A stretch of DNA of 64,000 bases. It comes from Pseudomonadota bacterium. GTDB lineage: Bacteria; Myxococcota; JACRCW01; JAFGSX01. Positions 9,742 to 19,750 of this stretch are shown piece by piece (position 1 is the stretch's first letter; the number at the start of each line of letters is the position of its first letter). The position numbers were made by a program, and so were the translations under genes. The stretch spans positions 192,001 to 256,000 of the forward strand of contig JBDRCO010000068.1 of assembly GCA_043821645.1 (NCBI GenBank), in the 5' to 3' direction. The notes beneath the pieces are model-generated. The model worked only from the letters and a program-made list of their open reading frames with translations. It ran no database searches and had not been told where the DNA came from.

Positions 9742-11796
9742 CTACTCGATCGTGCAATCGCCCTGGCAGGTATCCTCGACGATGCCCGTCTCGAAGAAGG
9801 CGCGCATCTGCGAGGTCACGGCGGACTGCTCGCGCAGGGTGTTGTGCACGGGATTCTCGCCGTCCCAGGGGCTGGCGATGGCCGCCCAACTGTCGTCGTA
9901 ACCCATGTCGAACACGGTGATGGCCGAGCCCTGGTGCGGGGCGCTGGCCACGGGCAGGCCCCAGGGGTGCCGCGCCGAGGGCTCGAGCACGGGGATTCCG
10001 AGCAGGCGCGCGTGCAAGAATGCCGAGAAGGGGGGAACGCTGGCGTCGCCGACGCCGTTTTGTAAAAGCACCTGGCGCTGCCTGGCCCCGCCGTCACTGC
10101 CATCGGGGAGCGTGTCGCGCAGCACGTAGGGCGCCCAGAGGGCGGGGTCGATGCGGTCAAAGTGCATCTGCAGGCTGGCCGTGTACTTCTGCTGCTCCAG
10201 AGGATCCGGCATGGCGATGTCCATCACCCACAGGAAGCCCTCGAAGGGCTGGGCCCGGAACATCATGTGCGTGAAGGCGCAGCCGCCCACGTTGAGCACA
10301 CCGCGATGCTGGCGCGGGTTGAGCGCCAGGTACATGCCGCCCAAGATGTGGCCCTGGCTGATGCCCAGGAAATTGAGGTTGCGGGGCTCGTAGACCAGCG
10401 CACCGGCGTTGCTGGACCGGGGCTGCCGCGGATCCGCGTGCACGCCCGGCTGGCCTGCATCGAGGGGGCGGTGCAGCTCAGGGAGGTCCTGCAGCACGCC
10501 TCGCATGGCCGCGCTCAGGGTCAGGTGGTTGACCATGCCCTGCACCACACGCTCGCTGAATTGCATGGTGCGCCACATCTCCTCGCCCATGGCCGCCACC
10601 ACCACGCCCACGTCGACGCTGGACATGCCCCACCAGTTGACGCCGAAGGTCACCGCGCCCACGGCCTGCATCACGGTCTGGGTGTTGCCGTTTTCGAGCT
10701 CGTCCTGGGAGCCGAAGAAGCCATGGCCAAACTCCAGCGTGACGCCCGGCTCGAAGCGGTCGCGCACACTGGCCGGAACGATGATGGTGAAGGGAATGCT
10801 GACAGTACCATTGAGTTGCACCTGCCCCGCCGCGTCGCGTGCCAGGTCCTTTCCAGGGCCGTCGATGACCATGAACATCGGGCCGTCGAGCTTGCCGATG
10901 ATGCGCCGCCACACCTGGGGGTTCTCGTTCTCGATCACCGCCACGTCGCTCACCGTGGGCGGGTGCTGGTCCAGGTAGGCCAGGGCCAGCTGGCGGGCGC
11001 GCAGCATGTCCGCGGTGCGGTCCTCGACGCTGCCCGTGGTGAAGTCCCAGGCCAGCTGCAGCGAGGTCTGGTCCACCCCCGCCTGCTTGAGCACGGGGAA
11101 CACGTCGCGACCGAAGCGGCTGCGCTCGCTGTTCAGAAGGCTGTCCTCACCCACCTGGCCGTCGCGAATGCGCCGGAAACCCTCGGGCGCAGGTGCCTCG
11201 CTGCCATCAGGCCGCTGCAGGTGGCGCAGGGCCACCACGTAGCGGGTGCGCCAGTCGAGGGCGATCATGGGGCGCAGGATCAGGGCCTGGCGCAGCGGGT
11301 CGGTGGCGCGCGGATCCAGGTCCACGAAGTGCGGGATGCGGCGCCCCGTGTGCGCCTCGATGATGAGCGTGGGGCTGTCATCGGCGACGGACCGATCATA
11401 GTCGTCCAAGAAGCCCACCAGACCCTGCTCGGACAGCGCCGAGCCGAGGATGGCGACGATGGGAGGGACGCTCGAATACCCGTCGGCGGCACGCCAGTCG
11501 GTGACATCGGCGGAGTAACCGTCCTTGGTGAGCAGGGCGGCGGCGCGACCCATTTGAACACGGTGGCCGCTGGGCCGGGTGCCGTCCTCCACGAGGAAGA
11601 AGTCCGAGGGATAGGGCAACATGCAGTCGGCCCCGGCGAGCAGGGGCTGGCAGCCTTCGGGGAGATCCAGGGGCGGCGGTCCCGGATCCGGGCAGGCAGT
11701 GAGCACGACCCCCGCGATGCTGGCTGCTAGAAGAAGGATATTTCTCGAGCTACTCTCGAGCGGTCGGACCAGTGACAGGTTCATGTGCGACGTCAT
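9742..11796 (-). CDS. Large lipoprotein with C-terminal alpha/beta-hydrolase-like domain
   Basis: VLTAC lipobox; GHGFFGS oxyanion-like and GISQG nucleophile-elbow motifs; exact start uncertain. Confidence 0.75.
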   Translation of the reverse strand: MTSHMNLSLVRPLESSSRNILLLAASIAGVVLTACPDPGPPPLDLPEGCQPLLAGADCMLPYPSDFFLVEDGTRPSGHRVQMGRAAALLTKDGYSADVTDWRAADGYSSVPPIVAILGSALSEQGLVGFLDDYDRSVADDSPTLIIEAHTGRRIPHFVDLDPRATDPLRQALILRPMIALDWRTRYVVALRHLQRPDGSEAPAPEGFRRIRDGQVGEDSLLNSERSRFGRDVFPVLKQAGVDQTSLQLAWDFTTGSVEDRTADMLRARQLALAYLDQHPPTVSDVAVIENENPQVWRRIIGKLDGPMFMVIDGPGKDLARDAAGQVQLNGTVSIPFTIIVPASVRDRFEPGVTLEFGHGFFGSQDELENGNTQTVMQAVGAVTFGVNWWGMSSVDVGVVVAAMGEEMWRTMQFSERVVQGMVNHLTLSAAMRGVLQDLPELHRPLDAGQPGVHADPRQPRSSNAGALVYEPRNLNFLGISQGHILGGMYLALNPRQHRGVLNVGGCAFTHMMFRAQPFEGFLWVMDIAMPDPLEQQKYTASLQMHFDRIDPALWAPYVLRDTLPDGSDGGARQRQVLLQNGVGDASVPPFSAFLHARLLGIPVLEPSARHPWGLPVASAPHQGSAITVFDMGYDDSWAAIASPWDGENPVHNTLREQSAVTSQMRAFFETGIVEDTCQGDCTIE

Positions 11797-11847
11797 GGCT
11801 CAAGTGTAGGATCCGCCGCCTCTTGCCACAACGGAGCGTTGACCGAT

Positions 11848-12843
11848 ATGCCCGCCCCTACCCTCCAGGACGTGCGCGACGCAGCGCGGCAAATCGCCGG
11901 GCTGGCGCATCGCACGCCGGTGATGACCTGCCAGGCGCTCGACGACCGCTGCGGTGCTCAGCTCTTCTTCAAGTGCGAGAACATGCAAAAGGTCGGCGCC
12001 TTCAAGATCCGCGGCGCTCTCAACGCCGTGCTCTCGCTGTCTCCCGGCGAGGCCTCCCGGGGCGTGGTGACACACTCCTCGGGCAATCATGCCGCGGCCA
12101 TCGCGCTGGCTGCGCGGATGCGAGGAATTCCGGCACACATCGTCATGCCGCGCACGGCACCCGCCATCAAGAAGGCCGCCGTGGCGGGCTACGGGGGCCG
12201 CATCGTCGAGTGCGAGCCCACCCTGGAGGCGCGAGACGAGCAGGCACAACGCGTCCAGCGCGATACCGGAGCCGCCTTCATCCATCCCTACGACGACGAC
12301 CGCGTGATCGCGGGTCAGGGCACCGCGGCGCTCGAGTTGCTCGAGCAGGTCCCCGACCTCGAGCTGGTGGTGGTCCCGGTCAGCGGGGGCGGTTTGATGA
12401 GCGGTACCTGCATTGCCTGCCATGGCCTGGACCCTGCGATGCGGCTAGTCGGGGTGGAACCGGCCCAGGCCGACGACGCGCGGCGCTCCTTGCTCGCGGG
12501 CACCATCGTGCGCGATGGCATCGCGGATAGCCTGTGCGATGGGCTGCTGGCGTCGCTGAGCGAACGCACCTTCGACATTTTGCGGGCACACGTCCACACC
12601 ATGGTCACCGTGACAGAGCAGCAGGCCGTGGCGGCCATGTTCCTGCACATGGAGCGCATGAAGCTGGTGGTGGAGCCGTCGGGCGCGGTGGGACTGGCGG
12701 CGGCCCTGGCCGGGGTCATCCCAGACCTGGCCGGGCGTCGCGTGGGCATCCTGGTGTCTGGTGGAAACGTGGATCTGGCGCGTCTGTCATCCCTGGCGTC
12801 GGGTCTGCCCGCGGCCGGTCCGACAAGCATGCCTGGCGCGTGA
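11848..12843 (+). CDS. PLP-dependent serine/threonine dehydratase / serine racemase family
   Basis: FKCENMQKVGAFKIRGA, SSGNHA, IAGQGT, PVSGGGL, VEPSGA, SGGNVD. Confidence 0.93.
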   Translation: MPAPTLQDVRDAARQIAGLAHRTPVMTCQALDDRCGAQLFFKCENMQKVGAFKIRGALNAVLSLSPGEASRGVVTHSSGNHAAAIALAARMRGIPAHIVMPRTAPAIKKAAVAGYGGRIVECEPTLEARDEQAQRVQRDTGAAFIHPYDDDRVIAGQGTAALELLEQVPDLELVVVPVSGGGLMSGTCIACHGLDPAMRLVGVEPAQADDARRSLLAGTIVRDGIADSLCDGLLASLSERTFDILRAHVHTMVTVTEQQAVAAMFLHMERMKLVVEPSGAVGLAAALAGVIPDLAGRRVGILVSGGNVDLARLSSLASGLPAAGPTSMPGA

Positions 12844-14121
12844 CCAGGCCAGCGCCGCGAGGACTGTGAAGCACAGCATGAGCAGCGAGCCCGGGGCGAA
12901 ACCGCGCTGCGCGGTGCACGCGCAGCCGGGAGCCGCTTTCCCGGCGCCTCCGTCGGCCACACCCGCGTCGGCAGCGACCCAGCCAGCATCTGCGTGGCCG
13001 AGGTCAGGGAGGTCCTGTGCATCGGCGCTGTGGTCCCGTGCTGCCCCATCGGCGGTTCCGCGAGCATCCGCCGCCCGGGCATCCAGCGTGCTGCTTCGCT
13101 CACCGGAGTTTCCGTCGAGGGCACTGCCGCTGTCCGTCGCGGTCCCACCGTCCCCGGCGGCGCCACCGACGATTCCAAAGAACTCTGCCATGCGCAGCGA
13201 CGAGCACAGCCCGATGTTCAAGAAGTAGGCCCCCGGGCTGCCGCAACCCTGGTCGAGATCGATGGGCGTGCCGTGATCCACGCCTGTCATCCGGTACACC
13301 TCGACCTGGTTGCCACCCTGCGCGTCCCCAAACACCTGATGCTGGGCCCCGGCGACCACTTCATCGACGACGGGTGGGCCGAGCAGTCCGTGCACATCGC
13401 GCCATTGCTCGAGCAACTCACCGAGGTTGGCGATCGCGACCACGCTGTCGGCGGTGCCTTGCCACAGGCTGATGCGTGGCAAGGTCGCCGTGGTCCCTGC
13501 CCTGACGTCGCGCACCCGGTCACCCCAGTCCGTGGCCGTGCGGTCCACCCCCGGCGAGGTACAGCCCGTGGCGGCGCTCAGCGAGGTGGCACATCCATAG
13601 GGAATACCGGCGATCACACCTCCGGCCGCGAACACGTCGGGCCACATGGCCAGCAGGTTGACGGCCACCGCGGCGCCGGCGGAGAGGCCCGTGACGAAGA
13701 CCCGGTCTGGATCGACGCCGTGGGTCGCGATCATGTGCTGGACCATGTTGACGATGGATTGGTTCTCGTCGGCACCTCGCGTGAGTTCGCCGCCCCACCA
13801 GGTCAAGCACATGTAGAAATTGTTCAAGGCGCTCTGCTGCGGGTACAGCATGTGAAAGCCGTGGGCATCTGCCAGGGCGTTCCAGCCTGCATTCTGGTAC
13901 TCGGCCGCATCCTGGTTACAGCCATGAAGTGCAACCACGAGCGGAGCGTTCGGGGCGGCCTGGTCCGCGACGTAGGCGAACATGCGCAGCCGGCCCGGAT
14001 TGGCGCCAAAGTCCGCGACCTCGGCCAGGGAGCCGGCGTGGACGCGGCCGGGAACGATGGCCAGCCCGACCAGCGCGAGGGACAGCGCGAGCGTCGGTGC
14101 TCTCAAAAGTCGCGTGATCAT
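12787..14121 (-). CDS. Extracellular PHB-depolymerase-family esterase with MYXO-CTERM-like anchor
   Basis: Signal peptide; LHGCNQ, GLSAG lipase box, WQGTADSVV; Asp/Ala/Gly linker then GCAC + hydrophobic stretch + Arg-rich tail. Confidence 0.88.
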   Translation of the reverse strand: MITRLLRAPTLALSLALVGLAIVPGRVHAGSLAEVADFGANPGRLRMFAYVADQAAPNAPLVVALHGCNQDAAEYQNAGWNALADAHGFHMLYPQQSALNNFYMCLTWWGGELTRGADENQSIVNMVQHMIATHGVDPDRVFVTGLSAGAAVAVNLLAMWPDVFAAGGVIAGIPYGCATSLSAATGCTSPGVDRTATDWGDRVRDVRAGTTATLPRISLWQGTADSVVAIANLGELLEQWRDVHGLLGPPVVDEVVAGAQHQVFGDAQGGNQVEVYRMTGVDHGTPIDLDQGCGSPGAYFLNIGLCSSLRMAEFFGIVGGAAGDGGTATDSGSALDGNSGERSSTLDARAADARGTADGAARDHSADAQDLPDLGHADAGWVAADAGVADGGAGKAAPGCACTAQRGFAPGSLLMLCFTVLAALAWSRARHACRTGRGQTRRQG

Positions 14122-14305
14122 CGTGCTCCCGAAGACAGCACAGCGCGGTCCACTTCAGACACTGCCGCGCCATGCTAGGGAGGCCGATCGCGCAATGTCA
14201 ACGTGGCCTGCGCCGCGGGCTGCCCGCTGCGTCCGGCTCGAGAGTGCCGGGTGCTGGTGTTCCGGATCCCGATGCGCTACATCCTGCTCTTCACGAGAGG
14301 TGGCC

Positions 14306-14554
14306 ATGGAGACCGTGGTGTTTGGAAACGTGACCGTGATGCGACTGGTGCTGTGGGCCGGCGGCGCTGTCGTCTTGCTGGTGGCCTTCACGATCCTGCG
14401 CAGGCTGCTCTCTGCTCCGCGCACGAGTCAGCACCAGCAGACCACGACCTGCCCCGCCTGCGGCTGGAAGGGCGTCGTGAGCCGCTATGCCGGGCGCTGC
14501 CCCAAGTGCAACGGCGCGCTGGGAGACAAGCTGGCGCGGGGCAAGCAGACCTGA
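14306..14554 (+). CDS. Small membrane protein with zinc ribbon
   Basis: GAGG RBS; one TM helix; CPACG...CPKCN. Confidence 0.7.
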   Translation: METVVFGNVTVMRLVLWAGGAVVLLVAFTILRRLLSAPRTSQHQQTTTCPACGWKGVVSRYAGRCPKCNGALGDKLARGKQT

Positions 14555-14563
14555 GGAGGCAGC

Positions 14564-14890
14564 ATGGCCTACGACGAGGGGCTGGCGGAACGGATCCGCG
14601 AGCACGTCGACGGATTCGAGCCGGCCGAGAGGAAGATGTTCGGAGGCCTGTCTTTCTTGGTGGCCGGCAACCTGGCCTGCGGCGTCATCAAGGATGAGCT
14701 CATCGTCCGCGTCGGTCCCGAGCATTTCGGGTCCGCACTCAAGAAGAAACACGCGCGCGCTTTTGACTTCACCGGCCGCCCCATGAAGGGCTGGGTCACC
14801 GTCGCGCCAGCCGGCTTCGAGGACGACAGCGACCTCGCATCCTGGGTGCGCATGGGTCTGGACTTCGCGGCCACCCTCCCACCCAAGTGA
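14564..14890 (+). CDS. TfoX/Sxy N-terminal-domain family protein
   Basis: MAYDEGLAERIR, KMFGGLSFLVAGNLACGV, FTGRPMKGWV. Confidence 0.9.
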   Translation: MAYDEGLAERIREHVDGFEPAERKMFGGLSFLVAGNLACGVIKDELIVRVGPEHFGSALKKKHARAFDFTGRPMKGWVTVAPAGFEDDSDLASWVRMGLDFAATLPPK

Positions 14891-15549
14891 AACGTCCGGC
14901 GCCCCACCCCGCCCCGCTCCCTTCTGACGACGACCCTGGGGCCATGCCTGCCCTGCGCCCGGTGCGCCTGCGCCCCCTGAGAGATCGCGAGCACTACACA
15001 GCGCTGATCGCCGAGGCCATCCCACGAGCCCAGGTCTCGCTGTGGATCGCCAGTGCCACGGTCAAGGACTTGCAGGTCGAGGCTCCTCGCGGCAGCCGCG
15101 CCCGCGCCAGCGCCCGTTACGTGTCTTTTCTCGACGTGCTCGAGGGTCTGCACGCCCGCAAGGTCGAGCTGCGTCTGCTCTACGGTGGATTCCTGTCGAG
15201 ACCCTTCGTGGAGGACCTGCGCCGACACCGCGCGCTTCACCGCGGCGGGCTGCAGATCCGCCATTGCCCGCGGGTGCACCTGAAGCTCGTCGTCATCGAC
15301 GGTGCCCTTCTTTATCTCGGATCCGCCAACCTGACCGGTGCAGGGCTCGGCGCCAAGGGCGAGGGCCGACGCAACTTCGAACTCGGCATGCTCAGCGACG
15401 ACGACGCCCTGCTCGACGAGATGCAGGGCGTGTACGAGACGATCTGGTCCGGGAGTGCGTGCGGGGGCTGCCGGCGCCGCGACAGTTGCCCGGCGCCACT
15501 CGACGCAAAGACCGGCACCTCGCGGGGCTTTTCCCGACGACGGGTGTGA
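14887..15549 (+). CDS. Phospholipase D superfamily protein (single HKD)
   Basis: HLKLVVIDG...YLGSANLT...RNFELG; GTG start overlaps the tfoX stop; C-terminal CGGC-x5-C. Confidence 0.88.
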   Translation: MKRPAPHPAPLPSDDDPGAMPALRPVRLRPLRDREHYTALIAEAIPRAQVSLWIASATVKDLQVEAPRGSRARASARYVSFLDVLEGLHARKVELRLLYGGFLSRPFVEDLRRHRALHRGGLQIRHCPRVHLKLVVIDGALLYLGSANLTGAGLGAKGEGRRNFELGMLSDDDALLDEMQGVYETIWSGSACGGCRRRDSCPAPLDAKTGTSRGFSRRRV

Positions 15550-15556
15550 AGAGGAA

Positions 15557-16723
15557 TCACTGCAGCCCCTGGACCTGCCCCTGGACCTGGGGTGAGGCGC
15601 GCTCGAGCCAGCCCATCACAGTGGGGTGCACGTCCAGCTGGCTGACCGGGCGCGTGAGCGCGCGCAGCGGCGGCGTGTTGCCATAGGTCGCGAGGATGAA
15701 CGGGATGGCATCGTCTTCCCCGATCACGCTGTCATGGTTTCCCCACAGGGCGACGCGATGACCACCGTGGTCCGCGGTGACCACCACCAGCCACCGTTCC
15801 GAGAAGCTGGCCGTGCGCTCCTGAACCAGCTCCAGGAGACTGCCCAGGGACGTGTCGATCTCGGTGATGGCATCGAGGTAGCCCTCGTTACGATCGTAGC
15901 CGCTGGCGTGGCCCTGGGCGTCGATGCCGTCAAAGACCCCCATCACCACGCGCAGCGAGGGATCCGCGACCTGCAGCTGCATCCACTCGAGCAAGCGCCG
16001 ATCGCGATCCGGCGCGTCGCTGACCAGGGCCGCGCGCTGGGCGAGGTTGCAGCTCGACCGTGCGTCGACGGACACCACGGAAAAATCCCCGTCGACACCG
16101 CATTCGTAATCGAGAACGCCGGGCCGTGGCTGGCCGCCCTGCAGTGCGGTCACGAAGGTCGCGACGCCGCCGGCTGCTGTACCCCAGCCCAGGTCATGGG
16201 CGCGCTTGAAGAAGGTAGGAAACCAGCGTGCACGCGAGGCAAAGGGTTTCAAGGCCGCTGGCGGGTTGTCCTTGACGCAGTGGTGCGCGCCATCGACCCC
16301 CGTGAGCACCGACGCCCAGCCGGATGCGGTGACCCAGAGAAAGCTCGTATCTTCGCGGGGCGACCTCTGGGCGCGCGCGCAGTTCTCGTCGTCGGCGCCG
16401 CCGCAGGAGGCGTGCCGACCTCGTGTCATGAGCGCTCGCAGGGTGGGCGCCCGGTCGGTGTCCAGAGCCAGGTATTCCACCGCGGGTCCCGTCGCTCCGT
16501 CGAGACCGAGGATCAAAACGCGGGCCAGACCATCGTCGTCGAGGCGCGTCCCGGCCAGGCTCTCGGTGTCGGCCGTCCAGGGATCGCGCCGCGACAGGTC
16601 GGTGCAGCCATCCTCGGCGTCCACCCCCGCGCAGCCCGACGCAGCCAGGGGTAATAGCGTGAATAGCAGCAGCGACACCGCGGTAGCACGGGCAGCCAGA
16701 ACCCAGCTGGATGGACGCTGCAA
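15557..16723 (-). CDS. Alkaline-phosphatase superfamily (phosphodiesterase/NPP-like) lipoprotein
   Basis: ILGLDG, TASGWASVLTG, DAQGH, TADHGG metal-ligand motifs; ASGC lipobox. Confidence 0.85.
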   Translation of the reverse strand: MQRPSSWVLAARATAVSLLLFTLLPLAASGCAGVDAEDGCTDLSRRDPWTADTESLAGTRLDDDGLARVLILGLDGATGPAVEYLALDTDRAPTLRALMTRGRHASCGGADDENCARAQRSPREDTSFLWVTASGWASVLTGVDGAHHCVKDNPPAALKPFASRARWFPTFFKRAHDLGWGTAAGGVATFVTALQGGQPRPGVLDYECGVDGDFSVVSVDARSSCNLAQRAALVSDAPDRDRRLLEWMQLQVADPSLRVVMGVFDGIDAQGHASGYDRNEGYLDAITEIDTSLGSLLELVQERTASFSERWLVVVTADHGGHRVALWGNHDSVIGEDDAIPFILATYGNTPPLRALTRPVSQLDVHPTVMGWLERASPQVQGQVQGLQ

Positions 16724-16854
16724 CGCCGCTCCTGTGATCCGCTTCCCCTGTGTACCGCTCGCACAAGATAGCAGCTCCCTGCGACCGGGCTGCAGATCCC
16801 TTGACTCCCCCGCCTGTATCTCGACTATTTAGGGATCCAACGAGAGAGAGTCCC

Positions 16855-17304
16855 ATGGCGCAACGCATTCGTATCGGTTCGAAGCTCACCCTGCTCACCA
16901 GCATCGGCACGCTTGTGCTGCTGGCGGCGGCTTCGATTGGCTGCCTCATCCAGGCCGCCGTGGGCTCGACCGCCGAGACCGGCGACAGGCTGATGATCCT
17001 CGTGGTCGGCCTCTCCTGCGGGGCCGGGCTTGGCTACTTTGCCTGGACCAGCGAACTGGTTGAGTACGTGGACCTGTCGGACTGGGTCACGGTGAAGACC
17101 CTGACCGGCACGCGCAGTCTGCCCTGGGACGAGATCATGGCGCTGCAGCTCGTCACCACGCAGGGACGGAACGGCAAAAATCTGGATTCGTTGCGCGTGC
17201 GCCCCGCTCACGGCAAGCAGGTGAGCCTGTCCATCAGCCCGTACCAGAAGACCGAGATCATCCAGTTCATGAGTCGCACCGGCCGTTCGGACAAGCTCAT
17301 GTAG
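16855..17304 (+). CDS. Hypothetical membrane protein (2 TM plus soluble, PH-like tail)
   Basis: Two hydrophobic helices, then RSLPWDEI motif; coding-like codon bias. Confidence 0.7.
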   Translation: MAQRIRIGSKLTLLTSIGTLVLLAAASIGCLIQAAVGSTAETGDRLMILVVGLSCGAGLGYFAWTSELVEYVDLSDWVTVKTLTGTRSLPWDEIMALQLVTTQGRNGKNLDSLRVRPAHGKQVSLSISPYQKTEIIQFMSRTGRSDKLM

Positions 17305-17396
17305 TGCGCCACATCTCCCACCACGCCCCCCCCGCTGCATGGTGACACAGGCTCGCGCTCGCCATGCCACGTCGCCAGTGCAGGCCAGAGGTCCGG

Positions 17397-18263
17397 ATGG
17401 GTTCTCCTCTCTTTCAGCGCAGCGAGCTGCTCATCGGCCACGAGGCGCAGGACCAGCTGTGGCGTACCCGCGTCATTCTCTTTGGACTCGGCGGCGTGGG
17501 CTCCTGGTGTGCCGAGGGGCTGCTGCGCTCGGGTGTGGGACACCTGACCCTGGTCGACTCCGACGTGGTGTGCATCACCAATGTCAACCGCCAGCTGCAG
17601 GCCACGCCTGCGGCCGTCGGCAAGCCCAAGGCTCTGGAGCTGCGGCGCCGCCTGCTCGAGGTCAACCCCGACGCCGAGGTGGTGGCCCGGCAGGAGGTCT
17701 TTGGGCTGGAGACCCGCGACAGCTTCGCCCTCGAGAGCTTCGACTTCATCATCGATGCCGTGGACAGCCTGAGCAACAAGCTCGGTCTCATCGAGGCAGC
17801 GATGCGCAGCGGGCGGGTGCTGTTCACCGCCATGGGGGCCTCGGCCAAGCTGGATCCGACCCGGATCCAGGTGTCGTCGATCTGGAAGACCACCAATTGC
17901 CCCCTGGCCCGCCGCATCCGCAAGCGCCTGCGTCGCCACGGCACCACCGGGGACTGCCTGTGCGTGCACAGCGACGAGTTGCAGCCAAACCATGAGGAGT
18001 CGACCCTGTGCGGGAGCGAGCGCTGCCTGTGTCCACGAACCCTTCGTGACGACGACGGGTCGGCACAGCCCGCCCACGAGTGGTGCAGCAGCAAGAAGCG
18101 CATCAATGGCTCCCTGGTTCACGTCACCGCCACCTTTGGCATGGTGCTGGCGGGGCTGGTGGTGCAGGACGTGGTGCGCAGATGTGCGGGGGCGCGGACA
18201 CCTGCTGCCGTCGACCCAGCGGGCTTTCCGGCCGCAGATGCAGCTGCCGCCGCGAAGAGCTAA
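17397..18263 (+). CDS. tcdA: tRNA threonylcarbamoyladenosine dehydratase (ThiF/TcdA family)
   Basis: FGLGGVGSWCAEGLLRSG, DSDVVCITNVNRQL, IIDAVDS, MGASAKLDPTRI, CPLARRIRKRL. Confidence 0.9.
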   Translation: MGSPLFQRSELLIGHEAQDQLWRTRVILFGLGGVGSWCAEGLLRSGVGHLTLVDSDVVCITNVNRQLQATPAAVGKPKALELRRRLLEVNPDAEVVARQEVFGLETRDSFALESFDFIIDAVDSLSNKLGLIEAAMRSGRVLFTAMGASAKLDPTRIQVSSIWKTTNCPLARRIRKRLRRHGTTGDCLCVHSDELQPNHEESTLCGSERCLCPRTLRDDDGSAQPAHEWCSSKKRINGSLVHVTATFGMVLAGLVVQDVVRRCAGARTPAAVDPAGFPAADAAAAAKS

Positions 18264-18273
18264 GCTCCGGGCC

Positions 18274-19665
18274 ATGGAGCCCCGGCTACGCCTCCCCGTC
18301 ACCCTGGCCAGCCTGGCTCTGCCCTGGGCTCTGCTCGCCTGTCCTGCGTCGACACCCCAGATCGGTGCACTCGGTTTCCACTGTGAGAGGGTTGAGGACT
18401 GCACTGTGGGGTATGTCTGCGTCAGTGGGCTTTGCATGGCGGCGGAGACCATCGGATCAGATGCCAGCGTCCCCGATGGTCCCGGGCTCGACAGGAGCCC
18501 TGGCGACAGGTTGCGGGATGCTCGGGTCATCGCAGACAGCGGCGATGACACCGGGATACAGGATCGGGACCAACCGCCAGATCTGGGTCGTATGGACAAC
18601 CCCGGCGTCGCCGACACCCTGCCCCGGGATGTCCCTGGCCTCGACGCAACTCCTGACGATGTACCCGGCCGGGATCAGCCCGCAGTGCTGACCGATGCCA
18701 CGTCCGGGGATGGCCAGGACCTGGAGTCGGGGCCCGCGGACGCGCCCACGACGGATCACCTCCTGGCGGACCTGGTGCGGACCGACGCGCAGGATCTGGA
18801 CGGCGTGGCGCTCGACGCCTCCGAGCTCGATTCCAGCACCGAGGATTCACACGCGCTGCCGGTACCCGTGCTGGACGGCTTCGACGCTGCCACCGGGCAG
18901 GCGCCTGGCAGCATCGTGCTGGACCTGAACTTTCCCGACGACACCAGCGGATTCCTGCTGGTTCAGATCCGCCGGGCTTCCGGCCCGCAAGCACCGGACT
19001 GCAGCAGCGGCGACATCGTGGTGACCCTGAGCCCGGGTGCGTTCAACGACCTGAATGTGCCCGAGGACGGCCTGACCGAACTCGAGACCTACAGTTACCG
19101 GGCATGCGTTTATGATTCCGCTGGAGTCCTTGTATCGACCCGCACAGCCTCGGCCGTAGCCATGGGCTGCTGGTGGGACGGCACGCCAGTCAGCTACTCC
19201 GGCCTGCCGGCGGACATCATCGACGCCTGGGCCGGGCAGTGGCCCATCCCCAATGTGGATCCCCCTCGCCAGATCCTGTCTGGAATCCCCTTCGTGGCGG
19301 GGTCCCGGATCGTGCTCAGCGGATTCAGGGGACAGTCCATCTGCCGCATCTACAGCAACCAGGTGCAGTGCTCCGCGGCCTGCCCCATTGGCTGGAAGCT
19401 CTTCTTCAAGGACGCCACTGGCAACCTGCTGTGGAGCGCGGGCATGATCGAGGATCTGAGCGACTTCGTCGACGGCGTGCGCATCCCGGACGGCGCGGCC
19501 ACAGCCTGGATTGGCTACCGCGAAGCAGGGTGCACCACCGGGACGAACTGCTCGGGCATGGGCGATCCCTACATGGACAACTGCGACAACCGCACGGTCA
19601 ACGGCGACTGTGACCGCTGCGACTTCGAGTTCCGCCACGAGGTCCTGGCCTGCAACGCCCCCTGA
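18274..19665 (+). CDS. Cys-rich lipoprotein: 4-Cys module, Asp-rich linker, FN3-like region, unknown C-terminal domain
   Basis: ALLAC lipobox; C-x5-C-x5-C-x4-C; acidic linker; TYSYRACVYD FN3-like strand. Confidence 0.75.
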   Translation: MEPRLRLPVTLASLALPWALLACPASTPQIGALGFHCERVEDCTVGYVCVSGLCMAAETIGSDASVPDGPGLDRSPGDRLRDARVIADSGDDTGIQDRDQPPDLGRMDNPGVADTLPRDVPGLDATPDDVPGRDQPAVLTDATSGDGQDLESGPADAPTTDHLLADLVRTDAQDLDGVALDASELDSSTEDSHALPVPVLDGFDAATGQAPGSIVLDLNFPDDTSGFLLVQIRRASGPQAPDCSSGDIVVTLSPGAFNDLNVPEDGLTELETYSYRACVYDSAGVLVSTRTASAVAMGCWWDGTPVSYSGLPADIIDAWAGQWPIPNVDPPRQILSGIPFVAGSRIVLSGFRGQSICRIYSNQVQCSAACPIGWKLFFKDATGNLLWSAGMIEDLSDFVDGVRIPDGAATAWIGYREAGCTTGTNCSGMGDPYMDNCDNRTVNGDCDRCDFEFRHEVLACNAP

Positions 19666-19750
19666 ACCTGGGCGCAGGTCTACAGCTGGGGCTTGGAGTG
19701 GGTGTTCTCGGGCGACGCCGCGTGGGGTTGGTGGCGTCGGCGGGGTGGGT

